From a virus (taxonomy: Duplodnaviria > Caudoviricetes), in the IMG/VR virus record IMGVR_UViG_2687453538_000001, positions 29,444 to 93,443 of that record: a DNA stretch of 64,000 bases; one strand, 5' to 3'. Positions 26,519 through 36,022 of this stretch are shown piece by piece. The position numbers and the translations under genes were made by a program. Within the stretch, counting starts at the first letter, position 1. Every line of letters starts with the position of its first letter. The notes beneath the pieces were generated by a model. That model was not told the DNA's origin and made no database searches. It was given only the letters and a program-made list of their open reading frames with translations.

Positions 26519-26644
26519 GTCGTAGACCCAGGGAAATCGGTGGTTGTAGGCTGAAAGCACCGGAATACCTGGTCTACGCCTTAAGTTCTTGTGCTGGCTG
26601 TTCATGCCTATTTGGGACAACCAGTGTCCCAGGTTTGTCCCTCG

Positions 26645-27016
26645 TCAGGCCGGGCGACCGATCACCAGAACCTCGATCACATCGCCGGATGCCGCAGCTT
26701 CGTTCGGTCCATCACTCAGCAGCAGCGTACCCTTGTTGCGCTTGCCGGTCAGCTCGACTGTGGTGGTGGTCACCGTGCCAGGCACAGCGAAGTACCCTCG
26801 GTTGGCAACGAACCGGCTGCTGTTCACTACCAGCGGCGGAGAAACGTACGGTGCTGGGAATGTCAGCGTCACCGCCCCGCCCGCGCCCAAAGTCGCTTGG
26901 AGCTTGATCGCTGTCACGCCAGCCTGAGCCATGGCCATGTTCATCTGCCCCACGGTTGGGCTCTGCTGAGCCCTTGCCATCGCCCGGCGTGCCTGGTGGT
27001 TCGGCGAGGTGATCAT
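26645..27016 (-). CDS. Hypothetical protein, possibly tail-associated
   Basis: VTLTFPAPYVSPP beta-rich; coupled to the previous gene. Confidence 0.6.
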   Translation of the reverse strand: MITSPNHQARRAMARAQQSPTVGQMNMAMAQAGVTAIKLQATLGAGGAVTLTFPAPYVSPPLVVNSSRFVANRGYFAVPGTVTTTTVELTGKRNKGTLLLSDGPNEAAASGDVIEVLVIGRPA

Positions 27017-27276
27017 GACGGCACCGCCTGGACGTTGATCTGGATGGTGTTCATGGCCCCACGCACCCATACCCCAACAGATCCGGGCCACACTTCCACC
27101 ACCTCGCAGTAGCGCAGCAGTCGGCCCGAGAAGTCATCAGCAGCAGGAATTGTCGCGCTTTCCTGGACGGTCAGCAGGTTGGAGTTCTTATTCTGAATCT
27201 CGAGGCCGGTTCCGACGGGGATACCGCTGCTGCTGTATACGTTGACCCATCCGATATTGCTCGTGTTGATGTCCAT
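27013..27276 (-). CDS. Hypothetical protein
   Basis: AGGAGG RBS, 87 aa. Confidence 0.7.
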   Translation of the reverse strand: MDINTSNIGWVNVYSSSGIPVGTGLEIQNKNSNLLTVQESATIPAADDFSGRLLRYCEVVEVWPGSVGVWVRGAMNTIQINVQAVPS

Positions 27277-27284
27277 GCAACCTC

Positions 27285-29486
27285 CTATACCGATGCGGAA
27301 ATTACGAGCCTATTGGCGTCAGACCCATTCGCTGAACGACCTTGGGTTTGAGATATTTCAACCGTGAGAGAGCCACCATTAGGGATTCTCCTGACCTGGA
27401 GGATTGCAGATGGGGACCCGCCGTAGATGATTGCTTGATCCACTTGAACGCCGTTCAGCATCACCCGGAACACTGTCTCGTCAGCCGCTACCCCACTGGA
27501 AAGTGACAGAGAAACCCTGACGATCACATTCCGCATATCAGATTTCGCTACGAAGACACCGGTGCCGGTGTTGAACCATTCTGTTTGCAAGTTCAGCAAA
27601 CCATCGTTCCTAACATCGCTTGGATTGAGGGTGGTAGGCTTGAAAACGCTGAAGGAAGTCGAGAAGGCTTGAGAGGATTGACGCGCATCAAGCGCGCAGT
27701 AGTCGTCATAACCCTGCGGATGAAGCACAGCAACACACTGAAAGAAGTCCGTAGGAAGATTGGCAAAAGCAATTGGCGAGACATAGGACGGGGCCCCTAT
27801 CGAATAGATGATCTTATTTGATACGTGCCCATACAGTCGGTTCGTACCATCAATAGAGACGAACTGCCTGCAGTCGGAGCCAAGATTGATGAAGAACGCC
27901 GGGTTAGATGTGAGGTAGCCATTGCAGCCCTGCATCGTCAGAACATTTGACGAAACATCCTGTGCGACATAAGCGCCAACAGCACCAGCCTCCAGTAAAT
28001 TGCCAGTCTCTATGTGTGTGCCGTTCATGAAAAATTTACCGAACGAGTTCACATACTCGATATCGCCAGAAACCGGTTGAAGCTCCGACTTGAAGACGGG
28101 ATACAGCGGCGTGAAGTTGGCGACACAACCCCCGGTGGTGTACACCAGGCATCCCCAGTTGTAGGCCACGATGGCCGGGAGGCTTTCCCAAAATGCTTTC
28201 CGGGGATCCCCCACTGGCAAGGTGTTGATAGTCGAATACAGAAGGCAGTCATCGAAGTGCAGGATGGTGTTTTGCCCGTAGCAATGGAATGCCGTCACGC
28301 ACCACACCGTTTCGCAGGAAGACAAGATATTCTCGCTGTCACCCAGCATGCCAAGGCTTGGCGTCGTCGCCCATACCGGATCGCCGAAGGTCATGGCATT
28401 CCTGGCCTTCCAGAACGAACAACCAAACAGGTGGTTGTGTCGCCCACGAATCCACAGCGCCTCTCGGTAGGTCACTGAGTAGTCCATGTCAAACGTGAGG
28501 TTGTACAGCCTGTTGAAGTTGGTGAGCTTCATCACATAGTTTGCTGTAGCAGCCACATCGAACGGACGGATCACGCCGCCTGCGCAGTAAATATCGATCT
28601 TCGACCCCACCTCAACAGAGGTCAGGTGGTAGATCCCGGTTGGGATCATGATCGCGATGCGAGCGAAGTCAGGCCCTGGAGTCGTCCCGATCAGCGGAAT
28701 TGCCAGGTTGAATGCGGCCTGAAATGCTGGCGTCCAGTCCCACGTGTCTGGATCGTTCGCGTCGGGCTTCACGGTAATCAGATTTGCAAACTCCCAAACC
28801 GATATAGCCTGAGCATTCAACATCTGCCCAGCCGAGATAATCGAGCTGCGCAATGGCGATCGTTTCCAACCAACAAGTGCCGCGCCTTTTGCAGCATTCG
28901 TGGGACTAGACAAATCTTGGACCGTATATGGCAGGCTGTCAGGCCCCATATACAGAACGTTTGCCGCGTTGTTTATTGGACCTTGCCCAGTTGCCAAAAT
29001 CTCTGCGACAAAATCAGCAACGTCCTTCCAGTTTGGAACCGAAGTATCCACCCGCTGCGACGAAGCAATGTTGACGATGCCATTGCCTTTACCTCGATAA
29101 AAGCCTGCACCATCCACATCCGAAGCACCGAGGCGCAAAGATCGATTCGTGTAGCGCATCAGCTGCTTCAAGGCTTGCCAGATACGGTCAAAGTCGTTGT
29201 TAACGGTATTGGCAAGGAAGTCACCATTCTCCTGGTAGTCGTTCAGTCGCTCGAAAGGGACCTCAAGCGTGAACAGGATCTGCGCATTCAGGGGCGGAGC
29301 AGTGGTGAAGATAACGCTGCTGGTTGGGTTTTCCACCCCGGACTGGGTGTAACCCGAGGTGAGCTCTACCCCATCAACGTAGACCGCAAGGTCAGACGCC
29401 TGAATCACCAGGAAGGGTACGGTGAAGATTGTGCTCACGCCGTTGCCGACGTATCGCTGCTCTGTTGGTCCTGCTGGAACTGCCAT
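27285..29486 (-). CDS. Tailspike/tail fibre with probable beta-helix domain
   Basis: YVGNGVSTIFTVPF...DFDRIW N-terminal anchor; DWTPAFQAA...IPTGIY beta-helix entry. Confidence 0.85.
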   Translation of the reverse strand: MAVPAGPTEQRYVGNGVSTIFTVPFLVIQASDLAVYVDGVELTSGYTQSGVENPTSSVIFTTAPPLNAQILFTLEVPFERLNDYQENGDFLANTVNNDFDRIWQALKQLMRYTNRSLRLGASDVDGAGFYRGKGNGIVNIASSQRVDTSVPNWKDVADFVAEILATGQGPINNAANVLYMGPDSLPYTVQDLSSPTNAAKGAALVGWKRSPLRSSIISAGQMLNAQAISVWEFANLITVKPDANDPDTWDWTPAFQAAFNLAIPLIGTTPGPDFARIAIMIPTGIYHLTSVEVGSKIDIYCAGGVIRPFDVAATANYVMKLTNFNRLYNLTFDMDYSVTYREALWIRGRHNHLFGCSFWKARNAMTFGDPVWATTPSLGMLGDSENILSSCETVWCVTAFHCYGQNTILHFDDCLLYSTINTLPVGDPRKAFWESLPAIVAYNWGCLVYTTGGCVANFTPLYPVFKSELQPVSGDIEYVNSFGKFFMNGTHIETGNLLEAGAVGAYVAQDVSSNVLTMQGCNGYLTSNPAFFINLGSDCRQFVSIDGTNRLYGHVSNKIIYSIGAPSYVSPIAFANLPTDFFQCVAVLHPQGYDDYCALDARQSSQAFSTSFSVFKPTTLNPSDVRNDGLLNLQTEWFNTGTGVFVAKSDMRNVIVRVSLSLSSGVAADETVFRVMLNGVQVDQAIIYGGSPSAILQVRRIPNGGSLTVEISQTQGRSANGSDANRLVISASV

Positions 29487-29509
29487 GGTCGCCCCCTGGT
29501 ACTGGCGGG

Positions 29510-31138
29510 CTAGTAGTCGACTTGCACCTCGTGCACGCCCGCGTTGGTGCGCCAATGGTCCTGCCGGGCTTCTGTCGGTTTCCCGACTATCCGGCCAATG
29601 CGCACAGGGGTTTGGGCGATTGCGCCGGCACCGGAGTCGATGAAGTCATCGTCCTGGTCGGTGAGCGCTGGGTTGAAGTCGCGCATCTGGTCCCACAGCG
29701 GACCGCGCAGCACAGAGACGTGAGCCCACAGGAAGCGGGCAGAAAGGGGGGACTCCAGTGCGTCGAGAATGCGCTTCTGCTTGTTGGTGCTGCTGTGCTC
29801 TTCCCCTACCCCACAGCCGGTGCCCTTGAGCGCTTGGCGCAGGATGGTGGGCACGAAGCCGCCCGGGCCGTTTGTCTCCACCACAACGCGCGGAATCTGG
29901 TACTTGATCACCAGGTCGCGAACTTGCTGGACCTGGCCACCTGTAATCCTGCTGGTTGCTTCGTCGAAGGTGGCGATCTCACCCTCAAGGGCCTTGCACA
30001 CCTGCCAGTACAGCTGGCCGCGCGCGTCGGTGAGGATCAGCGAGAACGCCGACGCATCGGACTTGATCTTGCCCAGTGAGCAATCCCAGTAGGCGGCAGC
30101 GCCGACAATCTGGATGTTGCCCAGGTACATGGCGCATTCGCCGTTTGCGTAGCGAATCTCCGGCTCAAGGTCGTACGGGATCATGCGCGCCGGGTCGAGA
30201 CGAACCTCGGTCACTGGCTTGCTGTGCAACTGGTACTGGCTGTCCCATTCGTTGATTGTCCGGGTCTCGCGGCGGCGCTTCTCCAGCTCCACCATGTCGA
30301 ATCGGTTGGGCCAGGCGCTGCCGGCGTAGCAGTCAATCAGGGTTCCAGGGGCTTCCAGGAACTCCAGGGTGCCGTCAGCGTAGCGGTAGTCCTTGTCCTC
30401 CACCAGCACACGCGCCAGCTTGCCGATGCCGGAGAACACCACCTCGGGCCTGAACGGCACGGCATAGGTCGTGTCCTTGGCCAGCTCGATGCGATGCTCG
30501 TCGGCGAACATGCGGATGGTCAGGCAATCCGCGCCCATCGCCTCCAGCTCGTCGTACAGGCTGTCGTGGGTGTGGGGTGTGCCGATGAATAGCTTGCTGC
30601 CGCCCGGCACCAGAATGTGTGTCTGCTCGCCCAGCCGGTACCGAAGCTTCTCCCGCGCCTCGGGCGTCTGGATGTTGCGTGGCACCTCCACGTCATCGTT
30701 CTGGCATTCGTCAGCACGGGCCGAGGTGACGTTCGACAAGATGCCCTTGGCGAACATCGAGGCGTTCCGGAAGTCGGCGGCGCCCTCAACCCACCACTGC
30801 TCGACTGTGCCCTGGTTGGGCGGCAGCAGGTGGCGGGTAAGCGGGTGGTTGCGAATGACGTTTTGCGTGTCGCGGCTGGTCTTGTAGGCCGTGCCGTCGG
30901 CCTCGGACTGGTGCAGGATGCGAAACGTTGGGTTCCGGTAGTACCGCCAGGCGTTGTAGATCGCCAGGATGGTGGACTTGCCGAAGCCCCGGAAGCAACG
31001 CAAAACGGCCAGAGACCCTTTGGCCTCCAGCCATATCAGTGCCCTGACGTGAATGTCCGGCACCTCCCACCGCATCCGCTTTGACCAAATCAGGAAGAAG
31101 ACCAGCAGGCTTACTTTCTTCTCCGGCTCATTGGGCAT
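29510..31138 (-). CDS. terL: Terminase large subunit
   Basis: CFRGFGKS Walker A, DDVE, IGTPH, WDCS, DDFIDS. Confidence 0.9.
   Translation of the reverse strand: MPNEPEKKVSLLVFFLIWSKRMRWEVPDIHVRALIWLEAKGSLAVLRCFRGFGKSTILAIYNAWRYYRNPTFRILHQSEADGTAYKTSRDTQNVIRNHPLTRHLLPPNQGTVEQWWVEGAADFRNASMFAKGILSNVTSARADECQNDDVEVPRNIQTPEAREKLRYRLGEQTHILVPGGSKLFIGTPHTHDSLYDELEAMGADCLTIRMFADEHRIELAKDTTYAVPFRPEVVFSGIGKLARVLVEDKDYRYADGTLEFLEAPGTLIDCYAGSAWPNRFDMVELEKRRRETRTINEWDSQYQLHSKPVTEVRLDPARMIPYDLEPEIRYANGECAMYLGNIQIVGAAAYWDCSLGKIKSDASAFSLILTDARGQLYWQVCKALEGEIATFDEATSRITGGQVQQVRDLVIKYQIPRVVVETNGPGGFVPTILRQALKGTGCGVGEEHSSTNKQKRILDALESPLSARFLWAHVSVLRGPLWDQMRDFNPALTDQDDDFIDSGAGAIAQTPVRIGRIVGKPTEARQDHWRTNAGVHEVQVDY
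29574..29587 (-). promoter_or_regulatory. Late-promoter palindrome copy, upstream of tailspike
   Basis: GTCGGTTTCCCGAC; one of five copies. Confidence 0.65.
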
Positions 31139-31463
31139 TGCTGCGCTGCATCCGCTCGATGATGGCCAGGGCTTCGCGCTCAGCCGCCGCAATCTCGCCG
31201 TCGAGTTCGTCAATCTTTGCGCCAGCCTCTAGTGCTGGCTTCTGCCGGTTGAGGATACCGGCGATGTTCACCACCTTGAGCAGCAGCGTCATGGTTGCGG
31301 CGGCGTTCTTCTTGCACCAGTACCTGTCGCCCCGCTCCTGCTGGGTCAGCTCGCCAGGGGCCTTGTCAGCACCAGGCCACTGGTGCGGATCAACCTCGGT
31401 GATCACCACCTCGCCCAGGCGCTCGGTCAGCGCCTGCAGGCGCACAATCTGGTCGTCACGCAT
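31128..31463 (-). CDS. Probable terminase small subunit
   Basis: 111 aa directly upstream of terL. Confidence 0.55.
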   Translation of the reverse strand: MRDDQIVRLQALTERLGEVVITEVDPHQWPGADKAPGELTQQERGDRYWCKKNAAATMTLLLKVVNIAGILNRQKPALEAGAKIDELDGEIAAAEREALAIIERMQRSNAQ

Positions 31464-31464
31464 A

Positions 31465-34032
31465 TCAGTCCCTCCCTACAGCGGCGCCCAGCGACGGGGC
31501 GCGATCTGGCAACGTCTCGCCCGGCTCCCACCAGAACTCCTGCCCGAAGTCCTTGCGCGCGCGCTGGCGCATCTTGCGCAGGTAGCCAGGCGAGAAGTAC
31601 TCCTGCATCTGGTGAAAGATCATGTGGTCGGTGGCGGCCTTCGTGTACCAGAGGTTCGCGCCAGGCGTGTGGCTCTTGAGCAGGCGCACCAGGTTGCCCC
31701 CGGTGCTATCGACGTTTCCGTCAGCGGCAGTGCCCTTGAGCTTGAAGATGGATTCGATATCGCCTGCGATGGGGCCGCCAATGGCAGCCAGGCCCGACTG
31801 CCCGCCTTGGGTCTGGTCGCTGAACAGGAAGTCACCGTACAGGCCCAGCGAGCCACCCTTGAGGAACGCTGCGGCGCCGAAGCGCAGGCCGGGGACGCCA
31901 AGCAAACCATCATCCAGCATGTTCTTGGGGTCTCGCCCTGCAGCGATTTCACCAAGCTGAATGGCCATGCCGCCCAAGACGGTGGTGCTGGCCATCAAGG
32001 CGGTCATATAGCCAGCCCTGCCCCAGCCAGTTTCTTGGGCCATGGCTCGCCGGAAGTGCCGCATCATCATGGCGATCGAGAAGGACTTGAACTGCCAGAA
32101 GCTGCGCATCAACTCTCCGCCGACGTCACCCCGCTCCCAGCGGCCAAGCATGAAGGCCCGTTCACGGGCGCCTGGCTCGATGATCGCCATGTTCGTTTCG
32201 TCCAGCACGGAGCCAAGCAGCTTGGTGGCTGCCTGGTCCTTGAGACGCTTGGGCGTGGTCTTGAATTGCTGGGCCAACGCAGTCAGCTGGGCTTCGGGGA
32301 TGCGGTAGATGCTTCCTGCCGTGAGCACCTCATCGCCAACCCCGCGCCAGTCTTCGGGTTGCGCCAAGCGCCATACAGCCCAGTCAGCATCACTTACGCC
32401 CATGGCCTGCAACCGCTTGGCGTCGGCGGGATCCATGCTGGCGAAGTCTTGGAAGCGGCGCGTCATGCTTCCGATGGTGTCCATCATGGTGGCGCCGAAA
32501 GCCCGCTGCGATCCGGCAGTCAAGGCGTTCATGCCAGAGACCTGCATCACCTTGCTGGCGGCGGTCTGCGAGAACTTGGCAATGCGACCCGAGATTGCCT
32601 CACTGGTGCCCAGGCCATCGGCGCCCCAGCGGTTCAGGCTACCGATCATCTGGTTGAGCCCGAGGCCGGCGCGCATAGCGAGCCTGCGGTCGGCGGCATT
32701 GGCCGGGTTCAGCATCCTGGCTTCGTTGGCGAATACCTGCATGACGGGCATGCCGTTCATGGATGCGGTAAGGCCCAAGGTGCCCTGGTCGGTGACCGAG
32801 GTCAGCACCGCAGAGCCCAGGCGGCTGGCCACGTTCAGGGCTCGGTAGGTGTCGAAGCCGTTGGCGATGGCTGCCGAGGCTGGTGGCTCGCGGGTGCCGG
32901 CCACTTCCTCATACAGGTTCTCGATCCACTTTCGCTGCTTCTCCACCTTATCGCGGGCCTTCTCCCCCTTCTTTCCCTTGATGAGCAGGGCCTTGTCCAT
33001 CTGCTGCTTCTGGCCTTCCTCAAGCCAGTAGCGCATTTGGTGGTTGGGATTGGGGCCCAGGGCTTCGACCAACGAAATGTCACGGGCGGCGCGGTCGATA
33101 TGGCCGATCAGCAGCTCAAGCATGTTGCGCTCGCCATAGGCCTGCTGGGCGGCAATGAAGCTCTCGGCGTCCTTGTAGTGGATCTGGCGCGACTCGCTGC
33201 CACGGTTGGCGCGCATGCCGTTACCGGCCACGGCGCCGGGCTGCAGCTTGTTCAAGCCACCGGTTGCCAGCGTTTCCCAGGCATGCCCCAAGAACTCCGT
33301 CAGTTGCTGGTCATTCATGGGGGAGCCGTCTTCGTTCATGTACTTGCCACGGTTCGCCCATTTCACGTGGTCGCTGACCCACTGATCTCGGTCGCGGGCC
33401 ACCTTCACCTGCGAGTGATCCCGAGGCATGGCCCAGTCGTTCAGCTTGCCCACGTCGCCGCCCGCCCGGTTGAAGCGCAGGCGCAGCGATTCGGTCACGT
33501 CTTGGAACGACTTGGCCGCAGCCTTGGCCGCGGCGTCGCCGGAGTCCTCGCCGTGCAGCTCGCGCACTAGCGCAAGGTTGCCTTCCTTGTCCTGGAACAG
33601 CCCCATGAACTTGCCTTTGGTCACGTCGATTACGTCTAGCATGCGGCTCAGGGCTTCGTCGCGAATGGCGCGGGTAGACGACTCGATCGACTGGATGCCG
33701 CTCTTGCCGTCGCTGGTGAACGCCAGCATGCGGTCCAGGCCTTCCAATGGCTGGTCGGGGAAGCGAGCCATGTAGCTCGCGATGCGGTCGTGGGCCAGGA
33801 TGGTGAGCGCAACGCGCTTCTTCTTGAGGTCGGCTTCGGCCACCAAGTCCTTGGCCGACTTCTGGGCCGCCTCGGTCAGCCGATCGGCAGCGGACTTGGA
33901 CTGCCACTGTGGGTCAGTCTGCGCCAGTTGCTTCATGTTCTGGCGAACGCGGTTCTCTATGCCTTTGATTTCTTGCTGGGAGAGGGAACGGCCAATCGCC
34001 TGCGTGACGGCCTGGATACATTCGGGACGCAT
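31465..34032 (-). CDS. Internal virion / DNA ejection protein
   Basis: Large Ala/Gly-rich helical protein, QFKSF motif, position after the tail tube genes. Confidence 0.7.
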   Translation of the reverse strand: MRPECIQAVTQAIGRSLSQQEIKGIENRVRQNMKQLAQTDPQWQSKSAADRLTEAAQKSAKDLVAEADLKKKRVALTILAHDRIASYMARFPDQPLEGLDRMLAFTSDGKSGIQSIESSTRAIRDEALSRMLDVIDVTKGKFMGLFQDKEGNLALVRELHGEDSGDAAAKAAAKSFQDVTESLRLRFNRAGGDVGKLNDWAMPRDHSQVKVARDRDQWVSDHVKWANRGKYMNEDGSPMNDQQLTEFLGHAWETLATGGLNKLQPGAVAGNGMRANRGSESRQIHYKDAESFIAAQQAYGERNMLELLIGHIDRAARDISLVEALGPNPNHQMRYWLEEGQKQQMDKALLIKGKKGEKARDKVEKQRKWIENLYEEVAGTREPPASAAIANGFDTYRALNVASRLGSAVLTSVTDQGTLGLTASMNGMPVMQVFANEARMLNPANAADRRLAMRAGLGLNQMIGSLNRWGADGLGTSEAISGRIAKFSQTAASKVMQVSGMNALTAGSQRAFGATMMDTIGSMTRRFQDFASMDPADAKRLQAMGVSDADWAVWRLAQPEDWRGVGDEVLTAGSIYRIPEAQLTALAQQFKTTPKRLKDQAATKLLGSVLDETNMAIIEPGARERAFMLGRWERGDVGGELMRSFWQFKSFSIAMMMRHFRRAMAQETGWGRAGYMTALMASTTVLGGMAIQLGEIAAGRDPKNMLDDGLLGVPGLRFGAAAFLKGGSLGLYGDFLFSDQTQGGQSGLAAIGGPIAGDIESIFKLKGTAADGNVDSTGGNLVRLLKSHTPGANLWYTKAATDHMIFHQMQEYFSPGYLRKMRQRARKDFGQEFWWEPGETLPDRAPSLGAAVGRD

Positions 34033-34077
34033 GGGCTTGCTCCTGTGGGGATGGAGCAAGCCTATGGCTTGAGGAAA

Positions 34078-34091
34078 GTCGGTTTCCCGAC
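34078..34091 (-). promoter_or_regulatory. Late-promoter palindrome copy
   Basis: GTCGGTTTCCCGAC in an intergenic gap. Confidence 0.7.
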
Positions 34092-34093
34092 GT

Positions 34094-36022
34094 TTAGAGG
34101 CCTCGCTGCAGGAAGCAAGCGGCAGCAGCGGCGAACCCACGGGCATCCTGCTGGGCGGCCTTGATATAGTCGTCGGCCTGGGCCAGCAGCTCGCGAGCGG
34201 AGACGGTCACGGGGCGGCCCTCTTCGTCCAGGGCGCCAGTCGGCAGCCGCATATCATCCACCCGGGTCATGATCTCGTCGGCGAGTTGAATGGTTGGGTC
34301 GGAATCGGCCTGGCTGGGTCCGGCCATATCGGCGGGATCGCGCTCTGGTGTCAAAGGTTTTGCCCCGGATGTAACGCTTTCAGCCTGTTTTGTCGTGTTC
34401 CCGGCCTGTTCTGTTACGCCATCAGCAGATTTTGTAACGGCCTTGGGTGAACCGATATCCAACCCAGTCGGCTCAGCACGTGGCGCCAGTGCATCCTGCT
34501 CGGCAACCAGGCGGGCAATCTCAGCACGGGCAGCGGCTGCCAAATTCAAGCGTTCATTCCCCTGAGCCACACCGGCAGCCAGCGGCTTAGGCTCGAACCC
34601 CTGCATGATTTCGTCGGCGCGAGCCTCAATGCGCGGCTGCAGGCGCTCTGGTGTTTCACCACGGGCCAGGGCTGCCAGCTCGCCACGGGATAGTTCGGCA
34701 GTACGGTTGCCCTGCAAGGCATCCTCCAGGGCCGTGACGCGCTCGGTAAGCTGCTGGCGCTCCTGCTCGATGGCTTGGCGCGCGGCCGTCTCGGCCTGCT
34801 TGCGGCTCATCCCCTCGCCCTGGGCCTGCTTGGCTCGCTCGCGGAACGTATCGTCCAGCCCATCCAGCGTGCGCTGCACACCGGCCAGGTCAGCGCGCAC
34901 GTCGGCCACATTGGGCAGCACGCCCGGCAGGTCCTGCTCCAGTTCGGCACGCAGGGTCGGCTCCAGCTCAGCACGAGCCGTGGCAATGGCAGCCTCACGG
35001 GTCGGTGCTCGCGGCGTTGGCGTCTCGGTGCCGCGCAGGAATTCAGCACTATGAATGCTGTCCGGTACGGCCACCGGCTCGCCGCGGCTCAGCTGGCCGA
35101 TGGCAGTGCGCAGCGCCTCCTGGTGGGACATGGCCGAACGCGGATCAACTGGCGCGCCTGGAGCGGTGTCCACGTCGAAGTGCTGGGTTGTGCGCTCGGT
35201 GAGCGCTGCATCCACCTGCTCGGTGGTTGGGCGGCGCATGCCGATACGGCCGATGCCGAAGAACGCCGCTCCCAGGATTGCATCGGTGGCAAGGGCTGTC
35301 CCGTCCATGACGCGATACTGCGCGGCCTGGGCGGTGTAGCCGCCACGCTCCAGCACAGCAGCAGTAGCGCCGCGACCGGCCATGCCAAGCCCAACGTTCG
35401 CGCCCACGGCAATGGCAGCATCTCCAAGAACCGGGCCAACGAAGCGAGCGGCTGGAAGCACAGCACCTACCCCCATGGTCCCGGCGTCGATCAGCCCCTT
35501 GAGCGTGGCGGTGTCTTCGTCGATCCCTTCCGCCATAGCCACACGCTTGCTGGAATAGCCGGCAGGCGCACCAGCAGCAACGGCAGCGCCGAGAGGGCCA
35601 GCGGATACAGCGCCAACCACAGTACGCGGCAACACGGCTGCAGCTTCACCCAGGATCTGCCCGACAACACCGACCTCAGTGGGATCAGGGCGCAGGTGCA
35701 TCACCGATTCGGCAGTCTCACGCCCGATCCTGCTGGCCTCTTCCTCGCCGAACTCGCGCTGGGCCTGGGTCTGCCCTTCCTCGAACTCGGGGAAGTACGA
35801 TGCACCGATCGACAGGTCGGACTCGATAGCGGCGCTCCCCAGTTGCAGTGCCGCGGTCTGCACGGTACGTGCAGCCTCGATGCCACCGCGAACAAGGCCA
35901 GTGCCGAATGCACCAAGGGCGCCAGTGAAGGCGCCCGGAGAAAGCTTCTCTGTTGTCCGGTCCAGGCGCTGGTCCTGGCTGGCTACCTCACCTTCATCAA
36001 CCATTCCGTCGAGCCAGCTCAT
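34094..36022 (-). CDS. Internal virion / ejection protein
   Basis: 642 aa with Gly/Ala hydrophobic segments. Confidence 0.68.
   Translation of the reverse strand: MSWLDGMVDEGEVASQDQRLDRTTEKLSPGAFTGALGAFGTGLVRGGIEAARTVQTAALQLGSAAIESDLSIGASYFPEFEEGQTQAQREFGEEEASRIGRETAESVMHLRPDPTEVGVVGQILGEAAAVLPRTVVGAVSAGPLGAAVAAGAPAGYSSKRVAMAEGIDEDTATLKGLIDAGTMGVGAVLPAARFVGPVLGDAAIAVGANVGLGMAGRGATAAVLERGGYTAQAAQYRVMDGTALATDAILGAAFFGIGRIGMRRPTTEQVDAALTERTTQHFDVDTAPGAPVDPRSAMSHQEALRTAIGQLSRGEPVAVPDSIHSAEFLRGTETPTPRAPTREAAIATARAELEPTLRAELEQDLPGVLPNVADVRADLAGVQRTLDGLDDTFRERAKQAQGEGMSRKQAETAARQAIEQERQQLTERVTALEDALQGNRTAELSRGELAALARGETPERLQPRIEARADEIMQGFEPKPLAAGVAQGNERLNLAAAARAEIARLVAEQDALAPRAEPTGLDIGSPKAVTKSADGVTEQAGNTTKQAESVTSGAKPLTPERDPADMAGPSQADSDPTIQLADEIMTRVDDMRLPTGALDEEGRPVTVSARELLAQADDYIKAAQQDARGFAAAAACFLQRGL

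Noticed and set aside
26471-26545. Intact tRNA-Cys gene
   Set aside because: Only the anticodon arm to CCA is present; the upstream sequence cannot form the D arm or the 5' acceptor strand
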